A DNA stretch of 64,000 nt from Flaccisagitta enflata (lineage: Eukaryota). The number at the start of each line of letters is the position of its first letter. Position 1 is the first letter of the stretch. Both the position numbers and the translations under genes were made by a program. The stretch spans positions 17,608,001-17,672,000 of the forward strand of contig OZ231126.1 of assembly GCA_965153355.1 (NCBI GenBank). Direction: 5' to 3'. The notes under the pieces were generated by a model that did no database searches, was not told the DNA's origin, and saw only the letters and a program-made list of their open reading frames with translations. Positions 1-13,699 of the stretch are shown piece after piece.

Positions 1-672
1 TTCATGTACCCCCATGTACCATTTATATTTTTCATTGATATCGGCATCTCATGCCTCACAAACCCTCTTGTTACCTCGATGTACCCTTCATTGAGGCTCA
101 GATTCCATCTCTCATGTACCTCTCATGCACCATCTCCTTATCTCCATGTACCCTTCATTGAGACTGGGTTTTGATCTCTCATGTACCCCTCATGTACCCC
201 CTTTGCTTTTTCATGTACCCTACAATGAGACTGGGTTTCCATCTCTCATGTACCCCTCATGTACCCCCTTCTCTTCTCTATGTACCATTCATTGAGACTG
301 GGTTTCGATCTTTCATGTACCCCTCATGTACCCCATTCCATTCTCCATGTACCCTTCATTGAGATTGGGGTTCGATCTCTCATGTACCCCTCATGTACCC
401 CCCTCTCTTCTCTATGTACCCTTCATTGAGACTGGGTTTAGTTCTCCCATGTACCCCTTATGTACCCAATTCCATTCTTCATGTACCCCTCCTTGAGACT
501 TGGGTTCGATCTCTCATGTACCTCTCATGTACCCCCTTCTCATATCCATGTACCCTTTTATTGAGACCTGGTTTCAATTTTCCATGTGCCCCTCATGTAC
601 TCCCTTCTTATCTCCATGTACCCTTCCTCGAGACTGGGTTCTGATCCTTCATGTACCCCTCATGTACCCTTC
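1..672 (+). repeat. ~67-bp tandem repeat array (left, inverted arm)
   Basis: Repeated unit CATGTACCCCTCATGTACCCC...CATGTACCCTTCATTGAGACTGGGTTTCGATCTCT; reverse complement of the arrays at 3620-12640. The recurring 'MISHVPLMYP' ORFs are translations of this repeat. Confidence 0.95.
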
Positions 673-900
673 TATTCTCTATGTTTCCATCTGTCCGCAA
701 ATGTCTTGCTGTGTTTCCTTCCTTTTTTTTCACATCTAACTATAATTTTTTCTTATGTATTATTGGGCTGGTTCACTTTGTTTCTCTTCAATAGGAGGAT
801 GAGGGAAAAAAACATGGCTATCATCATAAATAATACTATGTTGTGAATGAGACAGTATCAATGTCATGGGCAAAACAATAAAGAGAAGATGCTACATCTA

Positions 901-1490
901 AATAGTCGCAAAAGCGTTAGATGGTCAGCGGTACCCGTTGCCCCTATGTGAATGTATGTGTGGGAGAGGTGGTTAGAGGGGCAGCGGCCCCCGAAGGGGC
1001 CGATGACCTATGCTGCTTTTATTTGAGCCTCAAGGCTGGGATTAGGGCCTGGAGGCTGGAATTTAGGCCTCCGGACTGGGATTTGAGCCTTGAGGCTGGG
1101 ATTTGAGCTTCAAGGCTGGGATTTGAGCTTCAAGGCTGAGATTTGAGCCTCAAGGCTAGGTTTTGAGCCTCGAGGCTGGGATTTGAGCCTCAAGACTGGG
1201 ATTGAGCCTCGGAGGCTGGGAATTGAGCCGAGGTTGGATTTGAGCCTTGAGGCTGGGAATTGAGTCAAGGCTGGGATTGAGCCGAGGTTGGGATTTGAGC
1301 CGAGGCTGGGTTTTGAGCCGAGGTTGACGAGCCCGAGGCTGGGATTTGAGCCTCGAGGCTAGAATTTCGGCCCGGGAGGGGGGGGGGACGGAGAAGAAGA
1401 AGAAGAAGAAGGAGAAGAAGGAGGAGAAGGAGAAAGTTTCCCATATGTGTGAAAGCATAGGTCATCGGCCCCTTCGGGCCGCTGCCCAAA
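901..1490 (-). mobile_element. Non-autonomous Helentron-type (HINE-like) element, family B, with internal 20-bp repeat
   Basis: Asymmetric subterminal inverted repeat GGGCAGCGGCCCC(C)GAAGGGGCCGATGACCTATGCT (~978-1014) and its complement (~1455-1487); internal (TTGAGCCTCAAGGCTGGGAT)n array; conserved end AATAGTCGCAAAAGCGTTAGATGGTCAGCGGTACCC shared with 45132. Confidence 0.7.
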
Positions 1491-1867
1491 AAAGGAAGAA
1501 GTGATTTAAAGAAAACTGAGAGCATTATAATGCTCCATATTTTCTTTGAATTACATACTTGGTTAATGGACCAGCCCACATGTGTATCATGCTATAATAA
1601 AATGAAACATTTTAGTGATTTTTGGAAGACACTTTTTTATTATATTATCAAGTATGTCTGTAGGATCATAATTTTTCTATTTCTGGTTTGTTATTTTGAA
1701 AAAAAGTTGAAACACGCAACTGTGGCCATGTTGGGCTTGTTTTTTTATCAGTTTCCAAACAGAATTATTTTCTTCCTACAATATGCCTTCCTTTGGATTC
1801 TGATTCCCTTCATTTATTCCATGGCAGTCAAACACACTCACTCACACACCATACATTAAAACTTTCC

Positions 1868-2603
1868 TTTTGGGCAGCGGCCCCAAAGGGGCCAATGACC
1901 TATGCTTTCACAAATAAGGGAAATTTCTCCTTCTTCTTCTCCTTCTTCTTCTCCTTCTCCTCCTTCTCCGTCCCCCCCCCCTCGAGGCCCAAATCCTAGT
2001 CTAGAGGCTAGAGGCCCTCCTAGTCTGGAGGCCCAAACCCTAGTCTCGAGGCACAAATCCTAGTCTCGAGGCCCAAATCCTAGCCTTGAGGTCTAATTCC
2101 TAGCCTCAAGGCTCAAATCCTACCCTCGGGTCCCAAATCCCAGCCTCAAGGCTCAAATCTCAGCCTCGAGCAAGCTCAAATCCCAGCCTGGAAAATAAAA
2201 TCCCAGCCTCGAGGCTCAAGTCCCCAGCCTCGAGGCCCCAAACTTCAACCTCAAGGTTCTAAATCCCAGCCTCGGGTGCTCAAACCAGCCTCGAGGCTCA
2301 GCTCCCAGCCTCGCGAGCTCAAATCCCAGCCTCCTCGAGGTTCAATACGAGCCATGAGCTCAACACGAGCCATGAGGCTCAAATACCAGCCATGAGGCTC
2401 AAACAACCCCAAGGCTCAAATTCTAGTCCCTCAGGCTCATATCCTGTTGCCTCCAGGCCCTAATTCCAGCCTTGAAGCTCAAATAAAAACAGCATAGGTC
2501 ATCAGCCCCTTCGGGGCCGCTGCCCCTGTAACCACCTCACACACACAGACACTCACATAGGGGCAACGGGTACCGCTGACCATCTGACGCTTTTGCAACT
2601 ATT
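1868..2603 (+). mobile_element. HINE-like family B element, inverted relative to the 901-1490 copy
   Basis: Starts TTTTGGGCAGCGGCCCCAAAGGGGCCAATGACCTATGCT, ends GGGTACCGCTGACCATCTGACGCTTTTGCAACTATT; internal 20-bp array. Confidence 0.7.
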
Positions 2604-3688
2604 ATTACTTGCCCTCATACAGACCAAAGAGTGCACTCTGCAGGAAAGGCAAAGAATGCTGATGGCAGCAGTGTCAAAGACCGTGAGAGTATGTTGGATA
2701 AACTTTCATGGTATTTTGACAACGATAAGATGGAAGCAGATGAGGATTCAGTTCTCCCTGGAAATTTCCAAATGATGAACAGCTTTTTCCCAACTGATTT
2801 TTAACACCTCAACTTCAAACTTCTGTATCTTTTTTACCATTTGACCGACATAATTCTGCTTGGTGGCAAATGCTTCATTTTTTTAAGCTCTGTAATTCTG
2901 TCATGAATTTTTTTATAATCTACTAATAGATATCTAAGATAAGACATGGAACAGACCTAAAACTTTTTTTTGCGCCGCACTGTAAAACAGACCAAAACCA
3001 GATGTAGATAAGGTGTAAACCAGACGTAAACCAGATGTAAATCAGACGTAAATCAGATGTACAGCAGACATAAACCAGGTACTGTTGAACAAATTGCTCT
3101 TACAGATTTTTCAAACAGGACCTGAATCAGACTAAAACCAGACTTAAACCAGACTTAAACCAGACGTAAACCAGACATAGACCAGACGTAAACCAGACTT
3201 ATGCCAGAATAAGACCAGACCTATTTAGGACTTAAACCAGGTACTGTTGAACAAAGGGGTATTTTGCCTACACCAATACATACATTGTAGCCAAATGAAT
3301 CTTTATTTCACTCAGTTGCTACAAGTTTTACATTTATCTTTGTTACGCTATGTGGACCTCAAGGGTAACAAATTACAGATTTTTTTTGGGTCCAATGTCA
3401 AATGGTGCTTTTATATTTTTCATTGTTCTTTGGGTATCAACTTGATGTATCTACCACCTCATTTACAAAATACAGTGCAATAACAATGTGATGTTAAATA
3501 AATGTAAAATAAAAGGATTAACTCATGTCTAGTCAAACAGTTCTTTGAAAGTCAGAAAATGATCTACCCAATGAGGATTAGTTTCATTAGAAGACTGGGA
3601 GGGGGTGCATGACATGACTGGTAAGGGGTACATGAGGGGTAAATGAAAGATCAGAACCCAGTCTCAATGAAAGGCACATAGCTAAGAG

Positions 3689-3918
3689 CAGGGGCGTAGG
3701 ACAAGGGCATGCCGGGCATGCCATGGCATGCCCTGTTGTCGGGACACTGAAGTTGTCGGGACACCAATTTCTTCAAAAAAAAACAAAAAAAAAGAAAAAA
3801 AAAAGAAGGGAGAAAGAAGGAGGAGTAAGAATAAGAAGGAAAGGAAGAAGAGGAAGAAAAGGAAGAAGGAAAAATTAAAGAAAATGAAAAAAGAAAAAAG
3901 AAAATAAAATGCGGACCA

Positions 3919-4011
<93 letters not shown>

Positions 4012-4609
4012 GACAGACTGGCAGACAAACAGAGGAATTTGAAGTAATAAGTTGAAAGATAAAAATATTTACATAGATTGGAAGTAAAAGGAGAAAGAAA
4101 AAAAAAGGAAAAAAAAGACAGTACAACACAGACACAAAGGTCACAAATTTTATTGAAAAAAATCAAATGGATGCTATGATTGATAAATTTGCTAAAAAAA
4201 CCTTCTTTGTTACAATTTTTTGTTCATGGATGTATAGTTGCACAAGTATGAAATAGTGTTATAGTACTGCCATCATTTTTGTTTTTCTACTCATTGATTT
4301 CCTTCCCCATTTCCAAACCCCTTGATTTTCCCCTCAACTGGGGAGTGGGGGGGGACAACTATATTGTAAGACCAGTAATTCAGAAATTGTCATGAAATTT
4401 TTCATTAAAAAAATTCATGAAGCAACTAAAGTTGCTAATAATGTCTTATCACTAGACAACTCATTAAGCAAGCAAATGTATAACAATAATTACTCTTTTT
4501 ACAGTTTATGACCCTAAAACCACAAGTTAGTTTCTGTTGGGACACTAAATTTGTCGGACACTAATTAGGGGGTGGCATGCCCTAAAAATTCAACTCTCCT
4601 ACGCCCCTG
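3689..4609. mobile_element. hAT-type MITE
   Basis: TIR CAGGGGCGTAGGA / TCCTACGCCCCTG; exact 8-bp TSD GCTAAGAG (3681-3688, 4610-4617); inserted in the 67-bp repeat. Confidence 0.9.
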
Positions 4610-6422
4610 GCTAAGAGAAAGGGGTATATGAGGGGTACATGAGAGATCGAAACCCAGTCTCAATGAAGGGTACATGGAGATAAGAAAGGGGGTACATGAG
4701 GGGTACATGAGAGATCAAACCAAGTCTCATTGTAGGGTACATGGAGAAACAAACCAAGTCTCATTGTAGGGTACATGGAGAAACAATGGGGGTATATGAG
4801 GGGTACATGAGAGATCGAAACCCAGTCTCAATGAAGGGTACATGGAGATAAAAAAGGGGGTACATGAGGGGTACATGAGAGATCGAAACCCAGTCTCATT
4901 GTAGGGTACATGAAAACGCAAAGGGGTTACATGAGGGGTACATGAGAGATCAAATTAGTCTCAATGAATGACATGAGATGGAATAGGAAATGAGGGGTAC
5001 ATGAGATTGAACTCAGTCTCAATGAAGGGTACATAGAGAATGAGGCATGAGGGGTACAGAGAGATCAAAAACCAGTTTGCTGTAGGGTACATGGAGAAAC
5101 AACGGGGGTACATGAGGGGTATATGAAAAATCAAAACCCAGTCTCAATGAAGGATACATGGAGAAAAGGAGGGGGTACATGAGGGGTACATGAGAGATCA
5201 AACCCCAGTCTCAATGAAGGGTACATTGAGAATGGAATAAGGTACAGGAGGGGTACATGAGAGATCAAAACCCAGCTAACTAAGGGCACATGGAGATAAG
5301 AAGGTACATGAGGGGCACAAGAGAGCTCAAAACCCAGTCTCAATGAAGGGCACATGGAGATAAGAAGGGGTACATGAGGTTATGAGAGATTAAACCTAGT
5401 CTCAATGAAGGGCACATAGAGAAGAGAAGGGGGTACATGAGGGGTACATGAGAGATCGAAACCCAGTCTCATTGTAGGGTACAGGAAGAAGCAAAGGGGG
5501 TACATGAGGGGTACATGAGAGATCAAACCCCAATCTCAATGAAGGGTACATGAAGAATGGAATTGGGTACATGAGGGGTACATGAGAGATTGAAACCCAG
5601 TCTCAATGAAGGGTACATAGAGAATGGGGTACATGAGGGGTACATGAGAGCTCAAAACCCAGTCTCAATGAAGGGTACATGGAGATAAGAAAGGGGGTAC
5701 ATGAGGGGTACATGATAGATTAAAACCCAGTCTCAATGAAGGATACATGGAGATAAGGAGGGGGTACATGAGGGGTACATGAGAGATCGAACCCCAGTCT
5801 TAATGAAGGGTACATTGAGAATGGAATAAGGTACATGAGGGGTACATGAGAGATCAAAACCCAGCTTAAATGAAGGGTACATGGAGATAAGAAGGGGGTA
5901 CATGAGGGGTACATGAGAGCTCAAATCCAATTCTCAATGAAGGGTATATGGAGATAAGAAAGGGGGTACATGAGGGGTACATGAGAGATCGGAACCCAGT
6001 CTCATTGTAGGGTACATGGAGATAAAGAGGGGGTACACGAGGGGTACATGAGAGATCAAAACCCAGTGTCAATGAAGGATACATAGAGATAAGGAGGGGG
6101 TACATGAGGGGTACATGAGAGATCCAGCACCAGTCTCAATGAAGGGTACATGGAGAATGGAATGGGGTACATGAGGGGTACATGAGAGATCAAAACCCAG
6201 CCTCAATGAAGGGTACATGGAGATAAGAAGGGGGTACATGAAAGGTTCATGAGAGCTCAAAACCCAGTCTCAATGAAGGGTACATGGAGAAAAGAAAGGG
6301 GGTACATGAGGGGTACATGAGAGATCAAAACCCTGTCTCAATGAAGGGTACATGAAGATAAGAAAGGGGATACATGAGGGGTACATGAGTGATTGAAACC
6401 CAGTCTCAATGAAGGTTACATA

Positions 6423-7417
6423 CACTGCGAACCATAAAAAAGGAAACAGCAGTTCTATAAGCTATTTCTTATGAAAAAAATGACTTTTTGATATTTTCTT
6501 TGTGAGATATGGAAAGAGTGTCATCAAATGAAGACAATGCTACAAATCTCACGAGTTTACATCAATTATTTTAGATTTTATAGTAAAAAGAAGATATGGT
6601 ATCAGAATCTGTTTATGAACTGTGAATTCTTCAAAAGATATGAAAATAGGGACCTTTTATTTTGATTTTTATCCTTTGCAGTACAGGAAATCAATTGATA
6701 TCATAGATCATTTGAAAGATATTCAAAAGAGCTTTCATTTGCCGCCAATCTCACATTTCTAGCTCAATTTGTTTGGACACAGTGAAAAAAAGACTGGAGA
6801 GCATTAATTTTCAAGTTTGAAATGGCGCATAACCAAAATGTACCCATTTAACTTTAAACTAATGCCATTTCCAAACGAGTAAAGCTGGGAGGCTGGGATT
6901 GGTCTAGAATGAAAGATCTTTTAAAGATCTTTCAAATGGTCACTGATTTTGTTTACTTTTTTCAATTCAAACATAGATATTTTAAGAGAGGAAAAAGTTC
7001 CCTCATTTCTAAAATTTCTATGAAGAAAAAATTCTTTCTATTGTCATTCACAAAACGTTTAAATCAAGAGAAAACCTATCAAAATCCATGACATTGAGAA
7101 AGCCCTTGAAAAAATCTGTCATTTGAGCCGTTTCTGGAGTTACTAGCTCAATTTGTTTAGAGATTACAACAGTTTTAGTAAAATTTCTCCTCTATAAACT
7201 ATGAAAGAAAATCTATTGTTTTCCCACTTAGGTTTTGATACATTTGTCTTCATTTTAACATAAGATCCAAACAAATTAATCAAATTTGATGAGACTGGTG
7301 GCAAATTGTTCATTTTTTGAAGCTCTTTGAAATGATCATGAATAACAATTTGATTTGTTGAATTTAAACTATGTAAAATTAGGATGAAAGTTGTTTCTTT
7401 TTTTATGGGTCGCACTG
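6423..7417. mobile_element. Tc1/mariner-type MITE
   Basis: ~28-bp imperfect TIR CACTGCGAACCATAAAAAAGGAAACAGC / GTTGTTTCTTTTTTTATGGGTCGCACTG; TA on both sides; splits the repeat unit at GGTACATA|GAGAAGAG. Confidence 0.85.
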
Positions 7418-8075
7418 TAGAGAAGAGAAGGGGGTAAATGAGGGGTACATGAGAGATCGAAACCCAGTCTCATTGTAGGGTACATGAAGAAGCAAAAGGG
7501 GTACATGAGGGGTACATGAGAGATCAAACCCCAGTCTCAATGATAGGTTTTACAAGTAATTCGAAATGCGCTTGAAATTATTTTCGGAACGAAACGACGG
7601 ATAATTGCGGCTCATTGAGTGCGCGGAAAGGCCCGAAAAATCGATCAAAACTGTAAAATCATCCTAAATAAAATATGCGTCCGGTAGATTTTTTTACGCT
7701 CTTTTCGATGGTGCGCTTTTCAAAACTTTTCGACGTCGGGAAGTATCATTTTTAATTCATTCTTGCTTTCTTTTCCTTCTTACGCCTTCCTGTCAAGTCT
7801 ACCCGTTTTCTTGCACCGCGCTCCGGACGACCCCAAAAGAGAGCTTTTTCAATCACTTTTCAGATTTTTTTTTCTCCTTGACAGAGTTTGTCAGGAAGCG
7901 ATTTTGTAAAACCAAAAGTAACCGGTATTGTGATTTTTTTCATCTCCGTTCTTCAGCCGTGTTTTTTGTTTTCGTTCAACGCAACCAAGTCATTGCTTGC
8001 AATCTAACGAAATTTCCTCGATTGCCAGTTACCAAATATCATTCATGCAGCTTTAAGTCATGGCAGGAAATACGT

Positions 8076-8148
<73 letters not shown>

Positions 8149-8175
8149 AAAGAGGAATGAATGAATGAATGAATG

Positions 8176-8660
8176 AACATTACCGCGAGTCGGAACATTA
8201 CCGCGAGTCGGAACATTACCGCGAGTCGGAACATTATGCGAGTCGAAACATTATGCGAGTCGGAACATTATGCGAGTCGGAACATTATGCGAGTCGGAAC
8301 ATTATGCGAGTCGGAACATTACTGCGAGTCGGAACATTACTGCGAGTCGGAACATTACTGCGAGTCGGAACATTACTGCGAGTTGGAACATTACTGCGAG
8401 TCGGAACATTACCGCGAGTCGGAACATTACCGTGAGTCGGAACATTACCGCGAGTCGGAACATTACCGCGAGTCGGAACATTACCACGAGTCGGAACATT
8501 ACCGCGAGTCGGAACATTACCGCGAGTCGGAACATTACCGCGAGTCGGAACATTACCGCGAGTCGGAACATTACCGCGAGTCGGAACAATAACGCGAGTC
8601 GGAACACTAACGCGAGTCGGAACAATCACACGAGTCAGGACAATAACGCGAGTCGGAACA
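8176..8660 (+). repeat. 18-bp minisatellite (CATTACCGCGAGTCGGAA)n
   Basis: Near-perfect tandem copies; source of the spurious RESEHY / ASRNIT ORFs. Confidence 0.95.
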
Positions 8661-8873
8661 TTTCCTTTGTTGAGTTAAAAAGTTTTACTAGTTAGAATAT
8701 TTCAGTTTTTACATTCTGCGCGTCAGACCAAGAGTTAGAGCATTTAATTTGAATGCAAGGAACTAGGTGAATGAAACGATTAAAGTGAATGAAGTGATGA
8801 GAGCGAATGAAATGATTAAAGTGAGTGAAATGATTAAAGCGAATGAAATGAATGAAAATAATAAAATGAATAG

Positions 8874-9483
8874 GTCAGGGTGCAAACGAAGACAAAATTT
8901 GATTTTCAGTCACAATAAATTGTTATATATAGTTATCTTTATAGGTAATATTTTTTTAAATAAAAAATTTTATATTCCTTATTTCTTTAAGAATATATAA
9001 AAATGATTACAATAAAAAAAAATTCTTTTGTATGTTCAAAAAGATCAAAGTTATTCTACAAAACTTGAGAAATTCTCCCAAAAATGAGAGGAAAAGTTCA
9101 GAAAGTTATTGGGTAAAATTATAATTCTGCTTCTGAATGCAAAATTTTGCATTTCTAAACATATGGTCCTCATCTTATGTGTCTTTAGAAAGACTCCATG
9201 TTTTTGAAAATCTCATTTTTTGAATCTCTATGTTAAGTTATAATTTTACCCAAAACATGTCAGATTGTAAAATAAGATTTCCCTTAAAAACTTCCTTTTT
9301 TCAGACATTTATCCCAACATTTCACTGTTACTTTGAACACAAAAACGTTTTGTATTGCAAAAATTCTTTAAACACAAACTAGTTATCATTTTTCTTTGAT
9401 GAAATATTTCAATTAATAATGTCTATCATATTGCTAAAAAAACATGTTGACTGATCAAATTCTGTCTTCGATTGCACCCTGAC
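8874..9483. mobile_element. MITE-like TIR element
   Basis: GTCAGGGTGCAAACGAAGACAAAATTTGAT / ATCAAATTCTGTCTTCGATTGCACCCTGAC; ATAG flanks both ends (possible TSD). Confidence 0.7.
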
Positions 9484-12400
9484 ATAGCTGATTGAAAAAG
9501 AGTTTCGAAATGCAAAAAATGCATTAAAACCTCATGAAAGGACTTGGTGGACTAACAGACAGACATATCAACCGACTGGCTGTCCAATTACCTTTGTCGT
9601 TATGCACACAAGTAAGAATTGCGGGTGCAACAGAAAGTGATTCACCAAAGCGGTAAAATGTAACATGAAAATCGCAGTCATTGAAGATAGCTACCATTTT
9701 CCTTCTTTTGGCACAATTTTGGGCAGCCCCCTGGGGATCTTAGATTAAAAGTTACCCTTTTTCATACTCAGCTGAAGAATATCTTTAAAACTAGACCAAT
9801 CCCAGGTTTGTAGCTCAATTCGTTTAGAAGTTATTAAGAAAACAAGACAGCTTCTCCGAATGACTAAAATCTGTCCATTCTTTCCTTGACACATTTGCCT
9901 TCATTTTGATATATCTCTTAAACAAATTGAGCTAGCAACCTCCGGTTAGGCTTAAATCAAAGCATTTTTACATAGCTTTCAGCCAAATACAACAAATGAC
10001 TACTGGGATTGATAGATAATGGTTGGTAAGGAAAAATAAGCCAGAAAAAGGAGGCCTCAAAACTGCTCGGAATTAAGCACCTAATTTTCATTCATACTAA
10101 ACGGTTAGAAGTTGATTTTTTTGCCATGAAATGTCCAAATCCTTTGTTTTTACACCCGTCGGCACTAATATAATGAGAAAACATGGACGGCAGAGAGTTG
10201 CCAAGATCCTGAAAAAAACACTTTCCATACCTATCAATGAAGGGTACATGAAGAATGGAATGGGGTACATGAGGGGTACATGAGATATCTAAACCCTGTC
10301 TCAATGAAGGGTTCATGGAGAAAAGAAAGAGGGTACATGAGGGGTAGATGAGAGATCGAAACCCAGTCTCAATGAAGGGTACATAAGGAAGAGAAGGGGG
10401 TACATGAGGGGTACATGAGAGATCGAAACCCAGTCTCATTGTAGGGTACATGAAGAAGCAAAGGGGGTACATGAGGGGTACATGAGAGATCAAACCCCAG
10501 TCTCAATGAAGGGTACATGAAGAATGGAATGGGGTACATGAGGGGTACATGAGAGATCAAAACCCTGTCTCAATGAAGGGTACATGGAGATAAGAAAGGG
10601 GGTACATGAGGGGTACATGAGGAAAACCCAGTCTCAATGAAGGTACATAAAAAGAGAAGGGTACAAGAGGGTGCATGAGAGATCGAAACCCAGTCTCATG
10701 GTAGGGTACATGAAAAAAAGGGGGCATGAAAGGCATAGAGATCAAACCCTGTCTCAATAAGGGTACATGGAGATAAGAAAAGAAGTACATGAGGGGTACA
10801 TGAGAGATCAAAAACCCAGTCTCAATGAAGGGTACATAAAGAGGAGAAGGGGGTACATGAGGGGTACATGAGAGATCGAAACCCAGTCTCATTGTAGGGT
10901 ACATGAAAAAGCAAAGGGGGTACATGAGGGGTACATGAGAGATCAAACCCCAGTCTCAATGAAGGGTACATGGAGAATGGAATGGGGTACATGAGGGGTA
11001 CATGAGAGATCGAAACTCAGTCTCAATGAAGGGTACATTGAGAATGGGGTACATGAGGGGTACATGAGAGATCAAAACCCAGTCTCATTGTAGGGTACAT
11101 GGAGAAACAACGGGGGTACATGAGGGGTACATGAGAGATCGAAACCCAGTCTCAATGAAGGATACATGGAGATAAGGAGGGGGTACATGAGGGGTACATG
11201 AGAGATCGAACCCCAGTCTCAATGAAGGGTACATTGAGAATGGAATGGGGTACATGAGGGGTACATGAGAGATCAAAACCCAACCTCAATGAAGGGTACA
11301 TGGAGATAAGAAGGGGGTACATGAGGGGTACATGAGAGCTCAAAACCCAGTCTCAAAAAGGGTACATGGAGAAAAGAAAGGGGGTACTTGAGGGGTACAT
11401 GAGAGATCAAAACCCAGTCTCATTGTAGGGTACTTGGAGAAGCAAAGGGGGTACATGAGGGGTACATGAGAGATCGAAACCCAGTCTCAATGAAGGGTAC
11501 ATAGAGAAGAGAAGGGGGTACATGAGGGGTACATGAGAGATCGAAACCCAGTCTCATTGTAGGGTACATGGAGATAAAAAGGGGGTACATGAGGGGTACA
11601 TGAGAGATCAAAACCCAGTGTCAATGAAGGGTACATGGAGAAAAGAGAGGGGGTACATGAGGGGTACATGGGAGATTGAAACCCAGTCTCAATGAAGGGT
11701 ACATAGAGAAGAGAAGGGGGTACATGAGGGGTACATGAGAGATTGAAACCCAGTCTCATTGTAGGGTACATGAAAAAGCAAAGGGGGTACATAAGGGGTA
11801 CATGAGAGATCGAACCCCAATCTCAATGAAGGGTACATGGAGAATGGAATGGGGTACATGAGGGGTACATGAAAGATCGAAACCCAGTCTCAATGAAGGC
11901 TCTCCTCATTTGCATATTATGGTGAGTTTCAGTTTTTACATCATTACTCTGGAACTATTTATCTCAGCTTATGTTGTGACCTGTCTAACATCAACTTACA
12001 TCTAGTTGTCAAATGGAACTTTTGGTGACACTTAGAAAGCTCTACGATCAACGGTTTCCGAGATAGCATGTCATGTCATGTAACATGGAATTTGCATTGG
12101 TTGATGGAGAATCAAAGGGGGTACATGGGGGTACATGAGAGATCAGACCCCAGTCTCAATGAAGGGTACATGGAGAAGCAAAGGGGGTACATGAGGGGTA
12201 CATGAGAGATCGAAACCCAGTCTCAATGAAGGGTACATGGAGAATAGAAGGGGGTACATGAGGGGTACATGAGAGATCAAACCCCAGTCTCAATGAAGGG
12301 TACATGGAGAAGCAAAGGGGGTACATGAGGGGTACATGAGAGATCGAAACCCAGTCTCAATGAAAGGTACATGGAGAATAGAAGGGGGTACATGAGGGGT

Positions 12401-13699
12401 ACATGAGAGATTAAAACCCACTCTCAATAAAAGGGGTACATGAGGGTTACTTTGGGTACATGAGGGATCAATCCCCAGTTTCAATGAAAGGTACATGAGC
12501 ATAACTTAGGGTACATGAGAGATCAATCCCCAGGATATTGTGTAGGGGTACATGGAGGGTACATATCAAAAAATCCCACTATATAGAGCCAGTTTCTCAT
12601 TTTGGGGTACATGAGGGCGGGGTACATGAGGATCCATCTTTCCGTTTTCTTTTAATATTCGGTTTAAGGGCAGCACATCCAAAGATACACTAACTTATCA
12701 TATAGGGGCAACGTAGAATGTTTGAGTAATTTGACGCTTATGCTACTGTATTTTAATTCAGTTGATAGAAACTAGTCAAGGCCTAGGATCGCGAACGGGT
12801 TGGCAGGGTGGTAACACAGAAGCTACTCTGGTCATTGAGCGATGGCAGTTGTAATGCCAAAAAACTATTGAGCTAAAAAAGTACCGAAGGCCGCTTGGCC
12901 AGATCGACGGGCATTGGAATGACACGACATAGCGATTGTTGAATCGCTGTCCCGCTGTAAGCCATTTTTATTTCGAACACCACCACCAGGTTGTCATGCA
13001 AAGACTTAATTTACATAAGGCAGTATAATTCTTTTGCACCTCTTTATGTTGTATACTCATTCCAAGAATACGGGAAAATCTTCACTGTTTCTTTATGTGG
13101 AATTTGCAAAAAATTCTACGACTTCAATCAAAAACAAATGATTTACTGATGGAACTAGCGAATGACATGACCTTTCACACTATCCCTTCTGTTCATTTCG
13201 AATCACTTTATCTATTTGAGTCTGTCATCATATCAGTAGTTCTTCGAATTCGACTCGGTCAAATATCAGGATATGTTTAAACGGCTTATGGGGATAAGCC
13301 CTGCTAACCCAAGTTCAACAGCGATTAGTTATGCATTACATCCGCTCGGTCACTCCTCTCATGGCGCGGAAAATGTCATGGAACGACCACTAGTAAGGGA
13401 GTACGAGATTTCCCAAAAATGAGCCAACTTCAAAAAACGGATTCAGATACTCGATAAACCTATGAGTGGGACCCTACTTAGTGGCAAATCACCAGTTAGA
13501 ACTCAGTCGGTAAAAATAAACCCCGCGGATGGGCTCAAAAACCAAATCTCAACTAATCTTTACATGATTTTTCGCCATTAATCAGATTTTAAAAGCTTAT
13601 TTGTTCATTCAGAATTCAACTTCATGAAAAAAGTAAAGCACTAACCAGGCAGGATCAATATTTCTCAAAAACATGAATTTAGCATGTGTTTTCGATATA

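Larger units (their letters stand above)
7544..10233. mobile_element. Non-autonomous DNA transposon with 7-bp TSD
   Basis: TCAATGA duplicated at 7537-7543 and 10234-10240 within the repeat unit; termini TAGGT...ACCTA; carries an 18-bp minisatellite and a nested TIR element. Confidence 0.8.
3620..12642 (-). repeat. ~67-bp tandem repeat array (right arm), interrupted by nested transposons
   Basis: Unit GGGGTACATGAGGGGTACATGAGAGATCGAAACCCAGTCTCAATGAAGGGTACATGGAGA...; blocks at about 4618-6420, 7418-7543, 10234-11898 and 12110-12640. Confidence 0.95.

Noticed and set aside
8169-8695. Repeat proteins RESEHY / ASRNIT
   Set aside because: Translations of an 18-bp minisatellite that is open in several frames inside a transposon.
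4618-12640. CRISPR-like array (constant segment plus variable segment)
   Set aside because: The variable parts are ~10-bp recurring variants of one another, not unique spacers; eukaryotic context and no cas genes.
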